Part shown: piece after piece, positions 1 to 15,754 of the stretch
Layout of the letters: each line of letters begins with the position of its first letter
Position numbering within the stretch: position 1 is the first letter of the stretch
Sequence record: PZ172995.1
DNA length: 64,000 nucleotides
Origin: a phage
Strand: one strand, 5' to 3'
Program-made: the position numbers and the translations under genes
The notes under the pieces: model-generated
The model's database searches: none
Told to the model about the DNA's origin: nothing
What the model saw: the letters and a program-made list of their open reading frames with translations, nothing else

Positions 1-363
1 AAAGTCTCTGAAGACGGTTATTATAATGATGATGGTGATTGGGTAGCTTCACAAGATATTGTAGAGGTTAACTGTAAAGGTAATATCCAACCATACATCA
101 AAGGTTCTGTAAAGAATGGTACGCAGATTGCTTTACCGGAAGGTATTAGGCTCACTGATACAAGAATCCTGTATACAACATATAAACTTAGAACTTCAGA
201 TGATGTAGAGTGGAATGAGTCTGATATTGTTATGATTGATGGTCATGAGTATGAAGTATTTATGACTATGGATTGGTCACAGCAATTAGCCCATACGTCC
301 CATTATGAATATATCATTATTAGAAGGGATAAAATGAATGCAGTTAGAAACAGCAGAACTTGA
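1..363 (+). CDS. partial CDS, 3' end of a gene starting upstream of the window (likely virion morphogenesis protein)
   Basis: Frame 1 is open from base 1 to TGA at 361-363 (about 120 codons); overlaps next start; sits at head of tail gene block. Confidence 0.4.
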   Translation, partial: KVSEDGYYNDDGDWVASQDIVEVNCKGNIQPYIKGSVKNGTQIALPEGIRLTDTRILYTTYKLRTSDDVEWNESDIVMIDGHEYEVFMTMDWSQQLAHTSHYEYIIIRRDKMNAVRNSRT

Positions 364-937
364 AAAAGGTCTAGTTAGAACCTTAGTGGATGTTATTGGT
401 CACAGACTAGCTCGTGATAAAAATAATAGACCAAATGTAATTAGAGCTTACCCTTCTGATAACTCAAATGACAAAGGTTTAAAACCTGACCAGCCATTTA
501 TTACCGTATATTGTCAAGATGCTGCAACACCTTATGGTTGGGTTCTTGATAAATTTGTTGAAGATGATGTAGTTTGTTACAGAATTGCTTTTCAGATTCC
601 TGTACTGATTACGGTAAATGGTAAAGGTGCTCACAGCATCATGCTTGAGCTTAAACAACGATTAGAGATGAGTTCAGTCAGAGATTTAATCCTTGAAGAA
701 ACAGGGGCTACAGTACTAGACACTGGAGCAATCCCAAATGATTATACTTATCTCAATACAGATTTCGAAAATTCTGCACCTCTTGTTGTAACTCTTGTAA
801 AAAATTCAGTCCTGAAAGATGAACGTGGGGGTATTATTGAACGTGTCATTGTCGATGGTGAATTGGTTTACGAAGAAGGACAAGAGCCACCAGAATATAC
901 TATCCATCTAGATGTAGACTCCAAAGGGGTAAAATAA
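338..937 (+). CDS. hypothetical virion protein (possible neck/tail completion protein)
   Basis: 199-aa ORF, ATG overlapping upstream stop, immediately precedes sheath-like gene; no motif recognised. Confidence 0.45.
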   Translation: MQLETAELEKGLVRTLVDVIGHRLARDKNNRPNVIRAYPSDNSNDKGLKPDQPFITVYCQDAATPYGWVLDKFVEDDVVCYRIAFQIPVLITVNGKGAHSIMLELKQRLEMSSVRDLILEETGATVLDTGAIPNDYTYLNTDFENSAPLVVTLVKNSVLKDERGGIIERVIVDGELVYEEGQEPPEYTIHLDVDSKGVK

Positions 938-2290
938 ATGTGGAATCCAATTGTTAATGTAGATATTACATTGAACACCGCAGGAACTACAAGAGAAGGT
1001 TTTGGGCTACCACTATTTTTAGCTTCAACAGATAACTTTGAAGAAAGAGTCCGTGGTTACACTTCCTTAACTGAAGTTGCTGAAGATTTCGATGAAAATT
1101 CTGCTGCATATAAGGCTGCTAAACAACTTTGGAGTCAGACTCCTAAAGTAACTCAGCTTTATATTGGTAGACGTGCTATGCAGTACACTGTGTCAATTCC
1201 TGACTCTGTTACTGAAAGTACCGATTATTCTTTAACTGTAGCTGTTAGAGGTGGAGTTTCTCAACCATTCCAGTACACTTCACAGTCAGAAGATACTGCT
1301 GAGAAGGTGTTACAGCAGCTTAAAACACAGATTGAAGCAGAACCTTCTGTAAAAGACCTTGTTACTGTCAATGTAACTGGTACTGGTGGTTCAGCAACAA
1401 TGGTAATCACCAAAGCTGGTGACAACGACTTCGTGAAGGTTACTACTACAGCACAAACAGTGTCAATTGCAAGTACAACTGCTGACACGGCATCGACTGC
1501 TCTGGCAGCTATTGAAGCTTATTCAACTGACTGGTATTTCATTGCAGCAGAAGACAGAACTCAACAGTTTGTCTTAGCAATGGCTTCTGAGATTCAAGCT
1601 CGCAAGAAGATTTTCTTTACAGCTAACTCCGATGTAGCAGCACTGCAAGGTACAGAATTAGCTAGTGCAAATGATGTTCCAGCACAACTTGCTAAGAATA
1701 AATACACTCGTACAGTTTGCTTGTGGCATCACACAGCAGCAGAAGACTATCCAGAAATGGCATACATTGCTTATGGTGCTCCATATGATGCAGGTTCAAT
1801 TGCTTGGGGTAACGCACAGTTAACTGGCGTAGCTGCTTCTCTACAGCCATCTAATCAGAGACCTCTGACAAGTATTCAGAAGTCAGCTTTAGATGCACGT
1901 CACTGTAACTTCATTGACCTTGATGGTGGTGTTCCAGTGGTTCGTAGAGGGATTACTTCTGGTGGGGAATGGATTGATATCATTCGTGGTGTTGACTGGT
2001 TAGAATCAGACCTGAAAACTTCTCTGAGAGACTTGCTAATTAACCAGAAGGGTGGTAAGATTACTTATGATGATACTGGTATTACCCGTATTCGTCAAGT
2101 CATTGAAACCTCTCTACAAAGAGCAGTCAACAGAAACTTCCTGTCATCTTACACAGTTAATGTTCCTAAAGCCTCTCAAGTTGCTTTAGCAGACAAGAAA
2201 GCTCGTATCCTGAAAGATGTTACCTTCGCAGGTATCTTAGCAGGGGCTATCTTGGATGTTGACTTGAAAGGTACAGTGGCTTACGAATAA
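938..2290 (+). CDS. putative tail sheath / major tail protein
   Basis: 450-aa ORF followed by 148-aa tube-like ORF, chaperone pair and tape measure; assignment by size and synteny only. Confidence 0.45.
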   Translation: MWNPIVNVDITLNTAGTTREGFGLPLFLASTDNFEERVRGYTSLTEVAEDFDENSAAYKAAKQLWSQTPKVTQLYIGRRAMQYTVSIPDSVTESTDYSLTVAVRGGVSQPFQYTSQSEDTAEKVLQQLKTQIEAEPSVKDLVTVNVTGTGGSATMVITKAGDNDFVKVTTTAQTVSIASTTADTASTALAAIEAYSTDWYFIAAEDRTQQFVLAMASEIQARKKIFFTANSDVAALQGTELASANDVPAQLAKNKYTRTVCLWHHTAAEDYPEMAYIAYGAPYDAGSIAWGNAQLTGVAASLQPSNQRPLTSIQKSALDARHCNFIDLDGGVPVVRRGITSGGEWIDIIRGVDWLESDLKTSLRDLLINQKGGKITYDDTGITRIRQVIETSLQRAVNRNFLSSYTVNVPKASQVALADKKARILKDVTFAGILAGAILDVDLKGTVAYE

Positions 2291-2305
2291 TAGAGGTAAA
2301 TTGGA

Positions 2306-2752
2306 ATGGCTATGTATCAGCAATATTCCCCTAAAGACGTTGTGTGTAGCTGGAATGGTATTGCCATTGAAGGCTTTGCCCCAGACTCATTTTTACGTCT
2401 ACAGAGAACATCACCACTTGTGACACCAGTTGTAGGTGCAGGTGGTCAAGTTGCTCTGACAAGAAATGCAGACAAGACAGGTACTATTGAGATTGAGCTA
2501 ATGCAGACTTCTCTCTCTAATCAGATGCTTTCTGCAATTCAAGCTAAACAAGACAATATGGAACTTGAAGAAGATATCTCTTCTAACTTCGTAATCTACG
2601 ACCCATCAGGCTCTGTTCTGGCAACTGGTATTAATGCTTGGTTGCAGGAACTACCACAGATTGAACTTGGTCGTGACCAGAACTCTAAAACTTGGATTTT
2701 TGGTTGTGAGAAGCTAGACTACACTTCTACAATTCCAGCGTCAAGTGTTTAA
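2306..2752 (+). CDS. putative tail tube protein
   Basis: 148 aa, between sheath-like gene and chaperones; followed by terminator; synteny only. Confidence 0.45.
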   Translation: MAMYQQYSPKDVVCSWNGIAIEGFAPDSFLRLQRTSPLVTPVVGAGGQVALTRNADKTGTIEIELMQTSLSNQMLSAIQAKQDNMELEEDISSNFVIYDPSGSVLATGINAWLQELPQIELGRDQNSKTWIFGCEKLDYTSTIPASSV

Positions 2753-2764
2753 TAAATCCTATAA

Positions 2765-2797
2765 GGGGGAGACTTTAAAAGGTCTTCCCCTTTTTTG
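2765..2797 (+). terminator. rho-independent terminator
   Basis: GGGGGAGAC...GTCTTCCCC stem followed by TTTTTTG, 13 nt after stop of 2306..2752. Confidence 0.6.
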
Positions 2798-2825
2798 TTT
2801 CTTTTAAAAGTATTAAGGAATCACA

Positions 2826-3224
2826 ATGAAAACAGAAGCTAGAGTAATTAATGGTAAGAAAGTAAATATCGTTCTGCTTGGGGCAAGAGATGGTATTAAG
2901 ATGTCTATGAAGCTGGGTAAAATTGTTGTTCCAACCTTTGCACAGATGCTGTCAAGCCTGACTGATAAAGATAAGAAAGAAGCTCCAATGGTTCCATTTA
3001 AAGAACTTGTTGAAGCTTGTTTTGACAGAATTGAAGAAATTAACCTTGAAGAAATGGCTACCCTGTTATTTCAAGGGGCAACTGTTGATGACTTCCCACT
3101 TAATATTGATACATACTTCCAAGCAAACTATGGTGAATTTATTGATTACTTAGCATTTGCGCTGGAGGCAAACTTCGGAAGTTTTTTCGAAGCAAGCATT
3201 TTCAAAAGCCTAACTTCTCAGTAA
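2826..3224 (+). CDS. tail assembly chaperone (G-like)
   Basis: 132 aa directly upstream of tape measure; contains slippery heptamer near 3' end. Confidence 0.5.
   Translation: MKTEARVINGKKVNIVLLGARDGIKMSMKLGKIVVPTFAQMLSSLTDKDKKEAPMVPFKELVEACFDRIEEINLEEMATLLFQGATVDDFPLNIDTYFQANYGEFIDYLAFALEANFGSFFEASIFKSLTSQ
3182..3188 (+). other. candidate -1 programmed ribosomal frameshift site (T TTT TTC)
   Basis: Heptamer in 0 frame of 2826..3224 (codons agt ttt ttc); -1 frame is open from here into ORF 3227..3466 with no stop. Confidence 0.45.
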
Positions 3225-3226
3225 AC

Positions 3227-3465
3227 ATGGGTAACACTCTACAGACACCACTAACTGATGCTGCTGTAGAGGCAACCTATGAAGAAGCAGACGAGATGAA
3301 ATTTGTGCTTGCTATTTATGGTATGGAAGGGTGTAAAGAAACACTTGACCAACTCTTTGCTATGACATTCTCTGATTTATTATCATTGAGACAATTTCTT
3401 GAAATTCAGAGGTCGTATAAAGAGGAAATTGCTTACAACGAACTTAGAAGAGCAGGAAAAATGTA

Positions 3466-3466
<1 letters not shown>
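3227..3466 (+). CDS. -1 frame extension of tail assembly chaperone (GT-like fusion partner)
   Basis: 79-aa ORF in -1 frame relative to 2826..3224, ends at start of tape measure. Confidence 0.4.
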
Positions 3467-8853
<5,387 letters not shown>

Positions 8854-8854
<1 letters not shown>

Positions 8855-10323
8855 TGGCAGGACTAACTACAACAGGATTACAAACTCTAAGATATCAGGA
8901 GATTTTTGATAATATCAAATCAAGACTTCTTAGAGATATTTCACCAAACCTTGACGTTTCTGAAGATAGTCAATTAGGACTCTTCCTAGCTTCAATTGCA
9001 AGGTCTTTAGCAGATACCCATGAGATTCTATCAGAAGTCTATGACGGTGGAACAATTGACAAGGCCGAAGGCTTTAACCTTGATGATATTACAGCTTTAA
9101 ATGCTGTATATAGATATGTTGCTCAGGCAACAAGAGGTCAGGTAGAGTTTACTGGAACGACTGGTGCTACCATTCCTTCAACAACAAGATTAAGAAGTAC
9201 TGCCGGAAATATCTTTTATCCAGTTAACAACATTACCCTAACCCCATCATATTGTGTTGAAGCTGTCCTTGAAGTTAACTCTTTACGAACTGATGCAGAT
9301 TATGTTATTATTATTGATAACGTCATTTTCTCATATAAACCAACCTCATCAGACACAATCACCACACTTCTAACAAAATTAGCAGAAGCTATTAATGGTG
9401 GTATTGTAGCAAAGGCAGAAGTCATTAATGATGGAGCATCATTGAGAGTCTATAAAGATGAGGGTGATATCATTGCCAGAACAAACCCTATGGTTGTCAC
9501 TGCGACAACATTTCTGACCTTTACAAAAATTACAACTATTTCAGATGTAGTAGCTGAAGAGGTGGGTGCTACCCCTGCTTTGGCTGGTACGCTTATTGAG
9601 ATTGAGACAACTGTTGATGGTCTTGACAGTATTTATAACAGATATGACTTAACAACTGGTAGAAACGAAGAAACTGACACAGAACTGAGACAGAGATATT
9701 TAGAATCCTTAGCAGTTACTGGTGTGGGGACTTTAGATGCAATTGTAGCTGCTGTTAAAAGAGTTCAAGGTGTCTCAGATGCTTCAGGTGTTGAAAATGA
9801 TACTGAAGAGACAAACTCAGAAGGTCTTCCACCAAAATCTTTTAAGATTGTCGTAGTTGGTGGTCAAAATGATAATGTAGCTCAGGCAATCTGGGATACA
9901 AAACCTGCTGGTATTAGAGCTTATGGTTCAATTTTTGGTACAGCCTATGATTTAGGTGGTTTAGCACATAATATCTATTTTAGCAGACCAACACCAAAAT
10001 ACGCATTTGTTAAAGTCTCTTACTCTTTATATGATGAAGAAAGCTTGACAATCCCTGAAGAAGATATCAGAGACAGTATTGTACAAGGTATTAATGCCTA
10101 CGGAAGAACTCTTAAGGTTGGTAATGACGTTATCCCTAACAGAATCTATGGATATATCTATGACGTAATTAAAGGTATTGAGATTAATGAAGTTAAAGTA
10201 GCATTATCAAACAGTCAATCAGTTCCACCTAGTGACGGACAGTATACTACAGCAAGAATTACTGTTGACGGTGACCAATATACTGTTTGGGAAAGCAGCC
10301 AGTATACCATCACTAAGGAGTAA
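8854..10323 (+). CDS. putative baseplate J-like protein
   Basis: 489 aa following small wedge-like ORF and preceding fiber genes; no motif recognised. Confidence 0.4.
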
Positions 10324-10325
10324 TA

Positions 10326-11180
10326 ATGTTTGAAAAGATTGATAGTGTTTATTACAAAACACTTGATGAACGAACTGTAACACAGTTTAAAGATAAGTTT
10401 ATCTACACAAGCATCTTGAAAGCAATCACTGATGAGTTACAAACACTAGAGGATGTTTGCTGGCAGATGCACACAGAGAGAAATATCAGGACATCAGTAG
10501 GTCAACAACTTGATAATATTGGCTCACTGATTAAAGTTCCTAGACCTTTAGGTGCTGATGATGAAACATATAGAGCTATGCTTTATATCCAAATCTTCCT
10601 AAGACGCTCTGACACTACTCCAACATTCTTGCAAAAAGCAATTATGACACTGTATGGTGCAACTTTCTCTCAGATTTTTGAGCATATTACTCCTAAGACT
10701 GGTGGTATCGTTATCCGTATCAACACTAGGAAAAGCGTTCTAGATGCTGCATATACACTGTCAAAGATTTCTGCAACAACTACTGGTTCTGCTGTTATCT
10801 TAAGAGATGTTACTTTAAAAGGAACTGCTTGGACACCTGTAGAGGTTGCTGATTCAGCACTTGCCATTGTTGATGATAAAGAGAACTGGTTTGTAACTGA
10901 TGCTAACAGAGGTCTTGTCACAAATAACACTGGTGGCTCTCTGGAGTCCAACCTAGTAGGAAGTCTTGCAGATGCTGGTGTTATTGATGGTTACTTTAAG
11001 GTTGACAGAACAGCAAACTCACAGAGTGATGATTACATGACTGTAGATAGGTCTAATAATAGTGGATATTTCATCGTTGGTAAAGAAGCTGTTGCAGGTG
11101 GTGCATACGGAATCATGGCTGAGGTTGCACAAATTGTCAAAGGCAGAAAAGATAAATCACAACAAGAAGGAAATTCTTAA
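10326..11180 (+). CDS. putative baseplate/tail fiber attachment protein
   Basis: 284 aa, RBS AAGGAG, between J-like and fiber genes. Confidence 0.35.
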   Translation: MFEKIDSVYYKTLDERTVTQFKDKFIYTSILKAITDELQTLEDVCWQMHTERNIRTSVGQQLDNIGSLIKVPRPLGADDETYRAMLYIQIFLRRSDTTPTFLQKAIMTLYGATFSQIFEHITPKTGGIVIRINTRKSVLDAAYTLSKISATTTGSAVILRDVTLKGTAWTPVEVADSALAIVDDKENWFVTDANRGLVTNNTGGSLESNLVGSLADAGVIDGYFKVDRTANSQSDDYMTVDRSNNSGYFIVGKEAVAGGAYGIMAEVAQIVKGRKDKSQQEGNS

Positions 11181-11482
11181 TGGCAGTTTTAAATTGGTCT
11201 ACAAATGAAGTGGATACTGATGGTAATCAGTTAAAAGTTTTACCACCACCGGAAATTCAAGAGACAGGTCTTTTAAAGGGTGAGCCTATGGGTAGACAGT
11301 GGTTCAACTATATTATCAACTACCTGCTGAATAAAGTAAACGGCACTGTTGGTGAAGTTCGCTCATATGCAACTGAGCAACCAGATTTAGTGGCTAATGG
11401 CTGGAATCTAATTAAGTCTGAGACAGGGACTGCATCAACAAGCACAAGAAACCTTTACACATATGAATATGTAGGAGCTTAA
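11180..11482 (+). CDS. hypothetical tail protein
   Basis: 100 aa, coupled start, upstream of tail fiber. Confidence 0.4.
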   Translation: MAVLNWSTNEVDTDGNQLKVLPPPEIQETGLLKGEPMGRQWFNYIINYLLNKVNGTVGEVRSYATEQPDLVANGWNLIKSETGTASTSTRNLYTYEYVGA

Positions 11483-11484
11483 TA

Positions 11485-12660
11485 ATGGCAGTAGGTGAAA
11501 TTCAAATTAGTGCCTTGCCACAAGCGGCCTTACCAATTGATTTGAGTGATATCTTCCATCTTAAGCAAGGTGTTGAGGATAAAAGATGTACGCTTGAACA
11601 GTTGTTAGCACCTCACGCATCTTTGAGGAATAATCCTCATGGTGTAACTAAATCACAAGTAGGTCTTGATAATGTTATTAACTCTCTTCAATTAGTTGCA
11701 GCTAATAACTTGTCAGATATTGTAAATGTTGCTGAGGCAAGAGCAAATCTACAAATTATGTCGTCAGAGGAAGTGAATAACTTAATTCAGCAACATATTG
11801 ACGACAAAAGTAACCCACACAACACAACGAAAGCACAGGTTGGTTTAAGTAATGTTCAGAACTGGACAACATCCAACCTGTACAATGAAGATGCTGATAA
11901 ATATGCTACCGCGAGAGCAGTGAATAATCTATACAAAGCTATCCAAGCATCATATCCAGTGGGGACTATTCATCTGTCTGTTAACTCTGCTAACCCATCC
12001 ACTTACTTGCTTTGTGGAGGTACTTGGGAGTTGGTTTCTAAAGGTAGGGCGCTTGTTGGTTATGATACAGAAGCTAGACCTGTTGGTTCAACGTTCGGTT
12101 CTCAGACTGTAGCATTAACAAATAATAATTTACCAGCACACACCCACTCTATCTATTTAACAGGTGGTGGTCACACACACTCTGCAAGCGTATCTATCTC
12201 TAGTTTTGATTATGGTTCAAAAAGTACATCAACTTTTGATTACGGTACAAAAACGACTAATAGTGCTGGTGCTCACACTCACACGTTTAGCGGCACGACA
12301 AGTAATGATGGTAACCATAACCATAGAGTACCACTGAGAGGTAATGATAGAAGTGGGGGGGATGCTATTACTGCATCTGCTTATGCTGGGGTTAATAATA
12401 ATACGTATACTGATTTAGCAGGTGCTCACACCCATAGCTTCTCAGGCACAACTGCATCATCTGGTGCTCATAACCATACTGTTGCAATTGGTGCTCATAG
12501 CCACACTGTTAATATTGGTTCACACAGTCATACGGGCACTGTTACTGTCTCTAGCTCTGAACATACACACTCAGGAACATCTGGTTCTGTTGGTGGTGGT
12601 CAAGCTTTCAGTGTTGAGCAGCCATCTTTTGTCGTGTATGTATGGCAGAGAACAGCTTAA
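11485..12660 (+). CDS. tail fiber protein with C-terminal HxH-repeat domain
   Basis: 391 aa; C-terminal third has repeated H-T-H / H-N-H / H-S-H triplets (AHTHSFSGTT, GAHNHTVAIGAHSHTVNIGSHSHTG) and ends ...VWQRTA; RBS AGGAG. Confidence 0.65.
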   Translation: MAVGEIQISALPQAALPIDLSDIFHLKQGVEDKRCTLEQLLAPHASLRNNPHGVTKSQVGLDNVINSLQLVAANNLSDIVNVAEARANLQIMSSEEVNNLIQQHIDDKSNPHNTTKAQVGLSNVQNWTTSNLYNEDADKYATARAVNNLYKAIQASYPVGTIHLSVNSANPSTYLLCGGTWELVSKGRALVGYDTEARPVGSTFGSQTVALTNNNLPAHTHSIYLTGGGHTHSASVSISSFDYGSKSTSTFDYGTKTTNSAGAHTHTFSGTTSNDGNHNHRVPLRGNDRSGGDAITASAYAGVNNNTYTDLAGAHTHSFSGTTASSGAHNHTVAIGAHSHTVNIGSHSHTGTVTVSSSEHTHSGTSGSVGGGQAFSVEQPSFVVYVWQRTA

Positions 12661-12669
12661 TTTCTTTAC

Positions 12670-12690
12670 AGGGGCTTTGTAGCCCCTTTT
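12670..12690 (+). terminator. rho-independent terminator (weak U-tract)
   Basis: AGGGGCT-TTGT-AGCCCCT followed by TTTT between the two fiber genes. Confidence 0.45.
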
Positions 12691-12706
12691 AAGAGGAAAA
12701 TTCATA

Positions 12707-15073
12707 ATGGCAGATTACAAATTGAGTCAGTTAAACTCAATCGACACAATTCGTTCAGAAGACCTATTGCATATCAGAGTTAAGAAAAGACCTGAAATGT
12801 TGGGTGACGAAGACCGTAGAATGACCTATCAAGACTTCTTAGCTTCCTTCAAACTAGAAAGGTTTGTTCAGATTGCTGGGAGTAATATGACTGGGGATTT
12901 AGGTATTGTCAAGCTACTTTACGGTGGAAAGATTGTATTTGACCCTACAGGCTCTTCTGAGATTACTATTGGGGATGTTTTAAAGACTTTTAAACTTAAT
13001 GCAAGTGGCCTTAAACTCACTATTGCAGACTCTTCAAGGTCAGCAACTGTTTATCACACTCTGAATAAGCCAAGCCCTAATGAGCTTGGTATGAGAACTA
13101 ATGAAGAGAATGATGCAAGATATGCAAGGCTTGCTGCAAATAACATCTTTACATCCCAACAGACTATCCAAGCAAATGGTGAAGGTATTAGGTTAAAAAA
13201 CTCTTCTGAGAACTCACCGTTGTATATCAGAGGTCAGGATAGTGCTGGTGAGAATAGATGGTATATCGGTAATGGTTCAGGGGGTGATAATGTTACTATC
13301 CGCAACCACAAGACAGACTGTGAAGTTATTCTATCTAGTGTCGTGGCTATCAATAAAACATTAAGCATCACTGGTCAAGTCAAACCTTCAGATTTCTCTA
13401 ACTTAGATGCTAGATACTTCACTCAGACAGTTGCTAATCAGAGATTTGCACAGTTAGCTGGTAATAACACTTTTACAGGTGCTAATACATTTAGGACTAT
13501 GAGTATTATCTCAAATGCTGCTGCTATCACACTACAATGTGCATCAGCAAATGAATCCCTGTATCTACTTGCAAAAGATTATCAAGGTGGTAACTTATGG
13601 TATGTTGGTAAAGGTAGCTCAGGTGATGGTGTAACTATCTACAACTATACCACTAACACCTCTTTGGTCTTAGATGCTGCTGGAGTATCAGCAAATAAAA
13701 ATGTCAGAATCACTGGTCAAGTTCAACCTTCTGATTGGGCTAATATTGACTCTAGATACATTCCAGCAGGAACTTTGAGTAACCTTGCTAAACTGAGTGA
13801 TGTGAATACTTTTAGGTCTGCGCAAGTTATTAAACAGAATGGTCCAGTGTTGCAGCTAAGGAATACTATTCAGGACAGGGAGCTATATATCTCTGCTCAT
13901 AATGCTGATGATGTTAGAAAGTGGTACATCGGTAACGGGGATGCTAACCCAGCAAGGCTTATTATCCACAACGACAGAACTGCAACTACGATTTATATGC
14001 AAGACGATTTCTTGCTGAATAAAACAGTTAGAATCACTGGTCAAGTCCAACCTTCAGATTTCTCTAACTTAGATGCTAGATATTATACGCAATCTGTAGC
14101 AAACTCTAGGTACATGCTTGCTGTCTCTACTGGTTCTGGTACAGAGGCTGGTGATGGTGATGGTATTGCTTGGAATGCTAGGACTGGTCTGTATAATGTT
14201 ACAGGGAAATCTGGTTGTTCAACACAGCTAGTTTATCAAATGTTTATCGGTGGTGGCTCAACACCAACTGCACAGTTGAAGTTTAGCTACAGGAATGGTG
14301 GTGTCTGGTATAGGACAGCAAGAGATGGCTATGGATTTGAGAATAGCTGGGCTAAAATCTATACAGACCAAGATAAGCCAACCCCTTCAGATATCGGTGC
14401 ATACACTAAAGCTGAAACTGACCAGAAGATTGCAGAAGCAATTAGTGACTCTACAGACCTGAATAAAATCTATCCAGTAGGTATTGTAACGTGGTTTAAC
14501 AGTAATGTTAACCCTAATACAGCACTTCCTGGTCTAACTTGGACGTACCTGAATAATGGTGTTGGCAGAACTATTAGGATTGCAGCAGCAAATGGTTCAG
14601 ATGTTGCTACAACTGGTGGTTCAGACTCTGTAACGTTATCTGTTGGTAACTTACCTTCACACACACATAGTTTCTCTGCTACCACTTCATCATTTGATTA
14701 TGGTACTAAGACTTCTAGCACAACTGGTAACCATAACCACAACAGAGGTAACATGGAAATTTCTGGTGTGGTTGGTTGGTTCAGAAGTGATAACAGTGCA
14801 TTCTACACTGCGAGCGGTGCGTTTCAGATGGGTAGTTCTCAGGCTTCACATGGCTTCACAGGCTCTAACTTCACTTACGGTGCTGCTGCTGATTTCCACG
14901 CGTCAAGAACTTGGACAGGTGTAACCAACACAACTGGCAACCACGCGCACACTGTTGGTATTGGTGCTCACAGCCACACAGTTAGCGGTAACACAGGTGG
15001 TACTGGTTCTGGTTCAGCATTTAGCGTCACTAACCAGTTCTACAAGTTAATGGCTTGGGTAAGGACTGCTTAA
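12707..15073 (+). CDS. long tail fiber protein with internal tandem repeats and HxH C-terminal domain
   Basis: 788 aa; three ~100-aa repeats each ending ITGQV(K/Q)PSD(F/W)(S/A)N(L/I)D(A/S)RY; C-terminus has HxH repeats and ends ...AWVRTA, homologous to C-terminus of 11485..12660. Confidence 0.65.
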   Translation: MADYKLSQLNSIDTIRSEDLLHIRVKKRPEMLGDEDRRMTYQDFLASFKLERFVQIAGSNMTGDLGIVKLLYGGKIVFDPTGSSEITIGDVLKTFKLNASGLKLTIADSSRSATVYHTLNKPSPNELGMRTNEENDARYARLAANNIFTSQQTIQANGEGIRLKNSSENSPLYIRGQDSAGENRWYIGNGSGGDNVTIRNHKTDCEVILSSVVAINKTLSITGQVKPSDFSNLDARYFTQTVANQRFAQLAGNNTFTGANTFRTMSIISNAAAITLQCASANESLYLLAKDYQGGNLWYVGKGSSGDGVTIYNYTTNTSLVLDAAGVSANKNVRITGQVQPSDWANIDSRYIPAGTLSNLAKLSDVNTFRSAQVIKQNGPVLQLRNTIQDRELYISAHNADDVRKWYIGNGDANPARLIIHNDRTATTIYMQDDFLLNKTVRITGQVQPSDFSNLDARYYTQSVANSRYMLAVSTGSGTEAGDGDGIAWNARTGLYNVTGKSGCSTQLVYQMFIGGGSTPTAQLKFSYRNGGVWYRTARDGYGFENSWAKIYTDQDKPTPSDIGAYTKAETDQKIAEAISDSTDLNKIYPVGIVTWFNSNVNPNTALPGLTWTYLNNGVGRTIRIAAANGSDVATTGGSDSVTLSVGNLPSHTHSFSATTSSFDYGTKTSSTTGNHNHNRGNMEISGVVGWFRSDNSAFYTASGAFQMGSSQASHGFTGSNFTYGAAADFHASRTWTGVTNTTGNHAHTVGIGAHSHTVSGNTGGTGSGSAFSVTNQFYKLMAWVRTA
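13113..14110 (+). repeat. in-frame tandem triplication (~290-340 nt units) inside tail fiber gene
   Basis: Protein-level repeats NSPLYIRGQ...WYIGNG...ITGQVKPSDFSNLDARY / ESLYLLAK...WYVGKG...ITGQVQPSDWANIDSRY / RELYISAH...WYIGNG...ITGQVQPSDFSNLDARY; coordinates approximate. Confidence 0.6.
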
Positions 15074-15080
15074 TCCCTTG

Positions 15081-15109
15081 TTGACTGATTGTTAAGATGG
15101 TGTTAATAT
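15081..15109 (+). promoter_or_regulatory. sigma70-like promoter candidate (TTGACT-N17-TAATAT)
   Basis: Hexamers at 15081-15086 and 15104-15109, 44 nt upstream of ATG 15153. Confidence 0.4.
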
Positions 15110-15152
15110 TCTTTATGGGTATTCTCACCATCTTGGCTGATGAGGTGATTAA

Positions 15153-15350
15153 ATGCCTACAATCCTAGCAATTCTTCTAAAAAATCTAGGTAGCTTCTTC
15201 TGGAAACTCATTTTATCCCTTCTAAGTGAATACATGATTGAGAAAGTGTTCTTTAAGCTTGCAAGATATCTTGCTAGTAAGACAGACACACCTATTGATG
15301 ATGAGTTCGTAGATAACTTAGAAAAAGCTTTTAAGGGGGAGAATAAATGA
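15153..15350 (+). CDS. small membrane protein (holin-like size)
   Basis: 65 aa, hydrophobic N-terminal segment (PTILAILLKNLGSFFWKLILSLL), charged C-terminus; RBS GGTGA. Confidence 0.35.
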   Translation: MPTILAILLKNLGSFFWKLILSLLSEYMIEKVFFKLARYLASKTDTPIDDEFVDNLEKAFKGENK

Positions 15351-15718
15351 AGTGGCTAGAGGAAGCTTTTAAAAATAATATTGGTGCAATTGTAGTTGGT
15401 ATTTTTAGTGTTATTGGGATGTATACCACGATGCAAGTTTCAAGTGGTAAACAAGAAGTGTCTATCACAACAAAATTACAGCAGCTAGATAATTATTCCA
15501 AAAGTAATTATTCAGCTATTCGTGATTTACAGTCTGATATGAGGCTGCTTCAGCTAGGGATGGAGAACCAGAAAGTCCAGTTAGAGAATGTTAAGGGTGA
15601 GAACGCAAAACTTACTAAGACTCTTGATAAATTCTCTGATAGTGTGAACAATCTGGCTCAATCAGTATCAGCCCTCCAAGCTATTACTGAAAAGAACACA
15701 AAGAATACTGAAAAGTAA
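15347..15718 (+). CDS. membrane-anchored coiled-coil protein
   Basis: 123 aa, N-terminal TM-like segment (IGAIVVGIFSVIGMY) then heptad-like Q/L/K-rich region; overlaps upstream stop. Confidence 0.4.
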   Translation: MKWLEEAFKNNIGAIVVGIFSVIGMYTTMQVSSGKQEVSITTKLQQLDNYSKSNYSAIRDLQSDMRLLQLGMENQKVQLENVKGENAKLTKTLDKFSDSVNNLAQSVSALQAITEKNTKNTEK

Positions 15719-15723
15719 AGTTT

Positions 15724-15752
15724 AAGGCTCCTTTTTACGGGAGCCTTTTTTG
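15724..15752. terminator. bidirectional rho-independent terminator
   Basis: GGCTCC-TTTTTAC-GGAGCC stem flanked by A-rich 5' and TTTTTTG 3'; between convergent genes ending 15718 (+) and 15755 (-). Confidence 0.7.
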
Positions 15753-15754
15753 TT

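Noticed and set aside
938-2290. Calling 938..2290 the major capsid protein
   Set aside because: The gene is directly followed by a tube-sized gene, chaperone pair and tape measure, which is the tail module order; capsid genes are expected upstream of the window. The sheath versus siphovirus major tail protein distinction remains unresolved from sequence alone.
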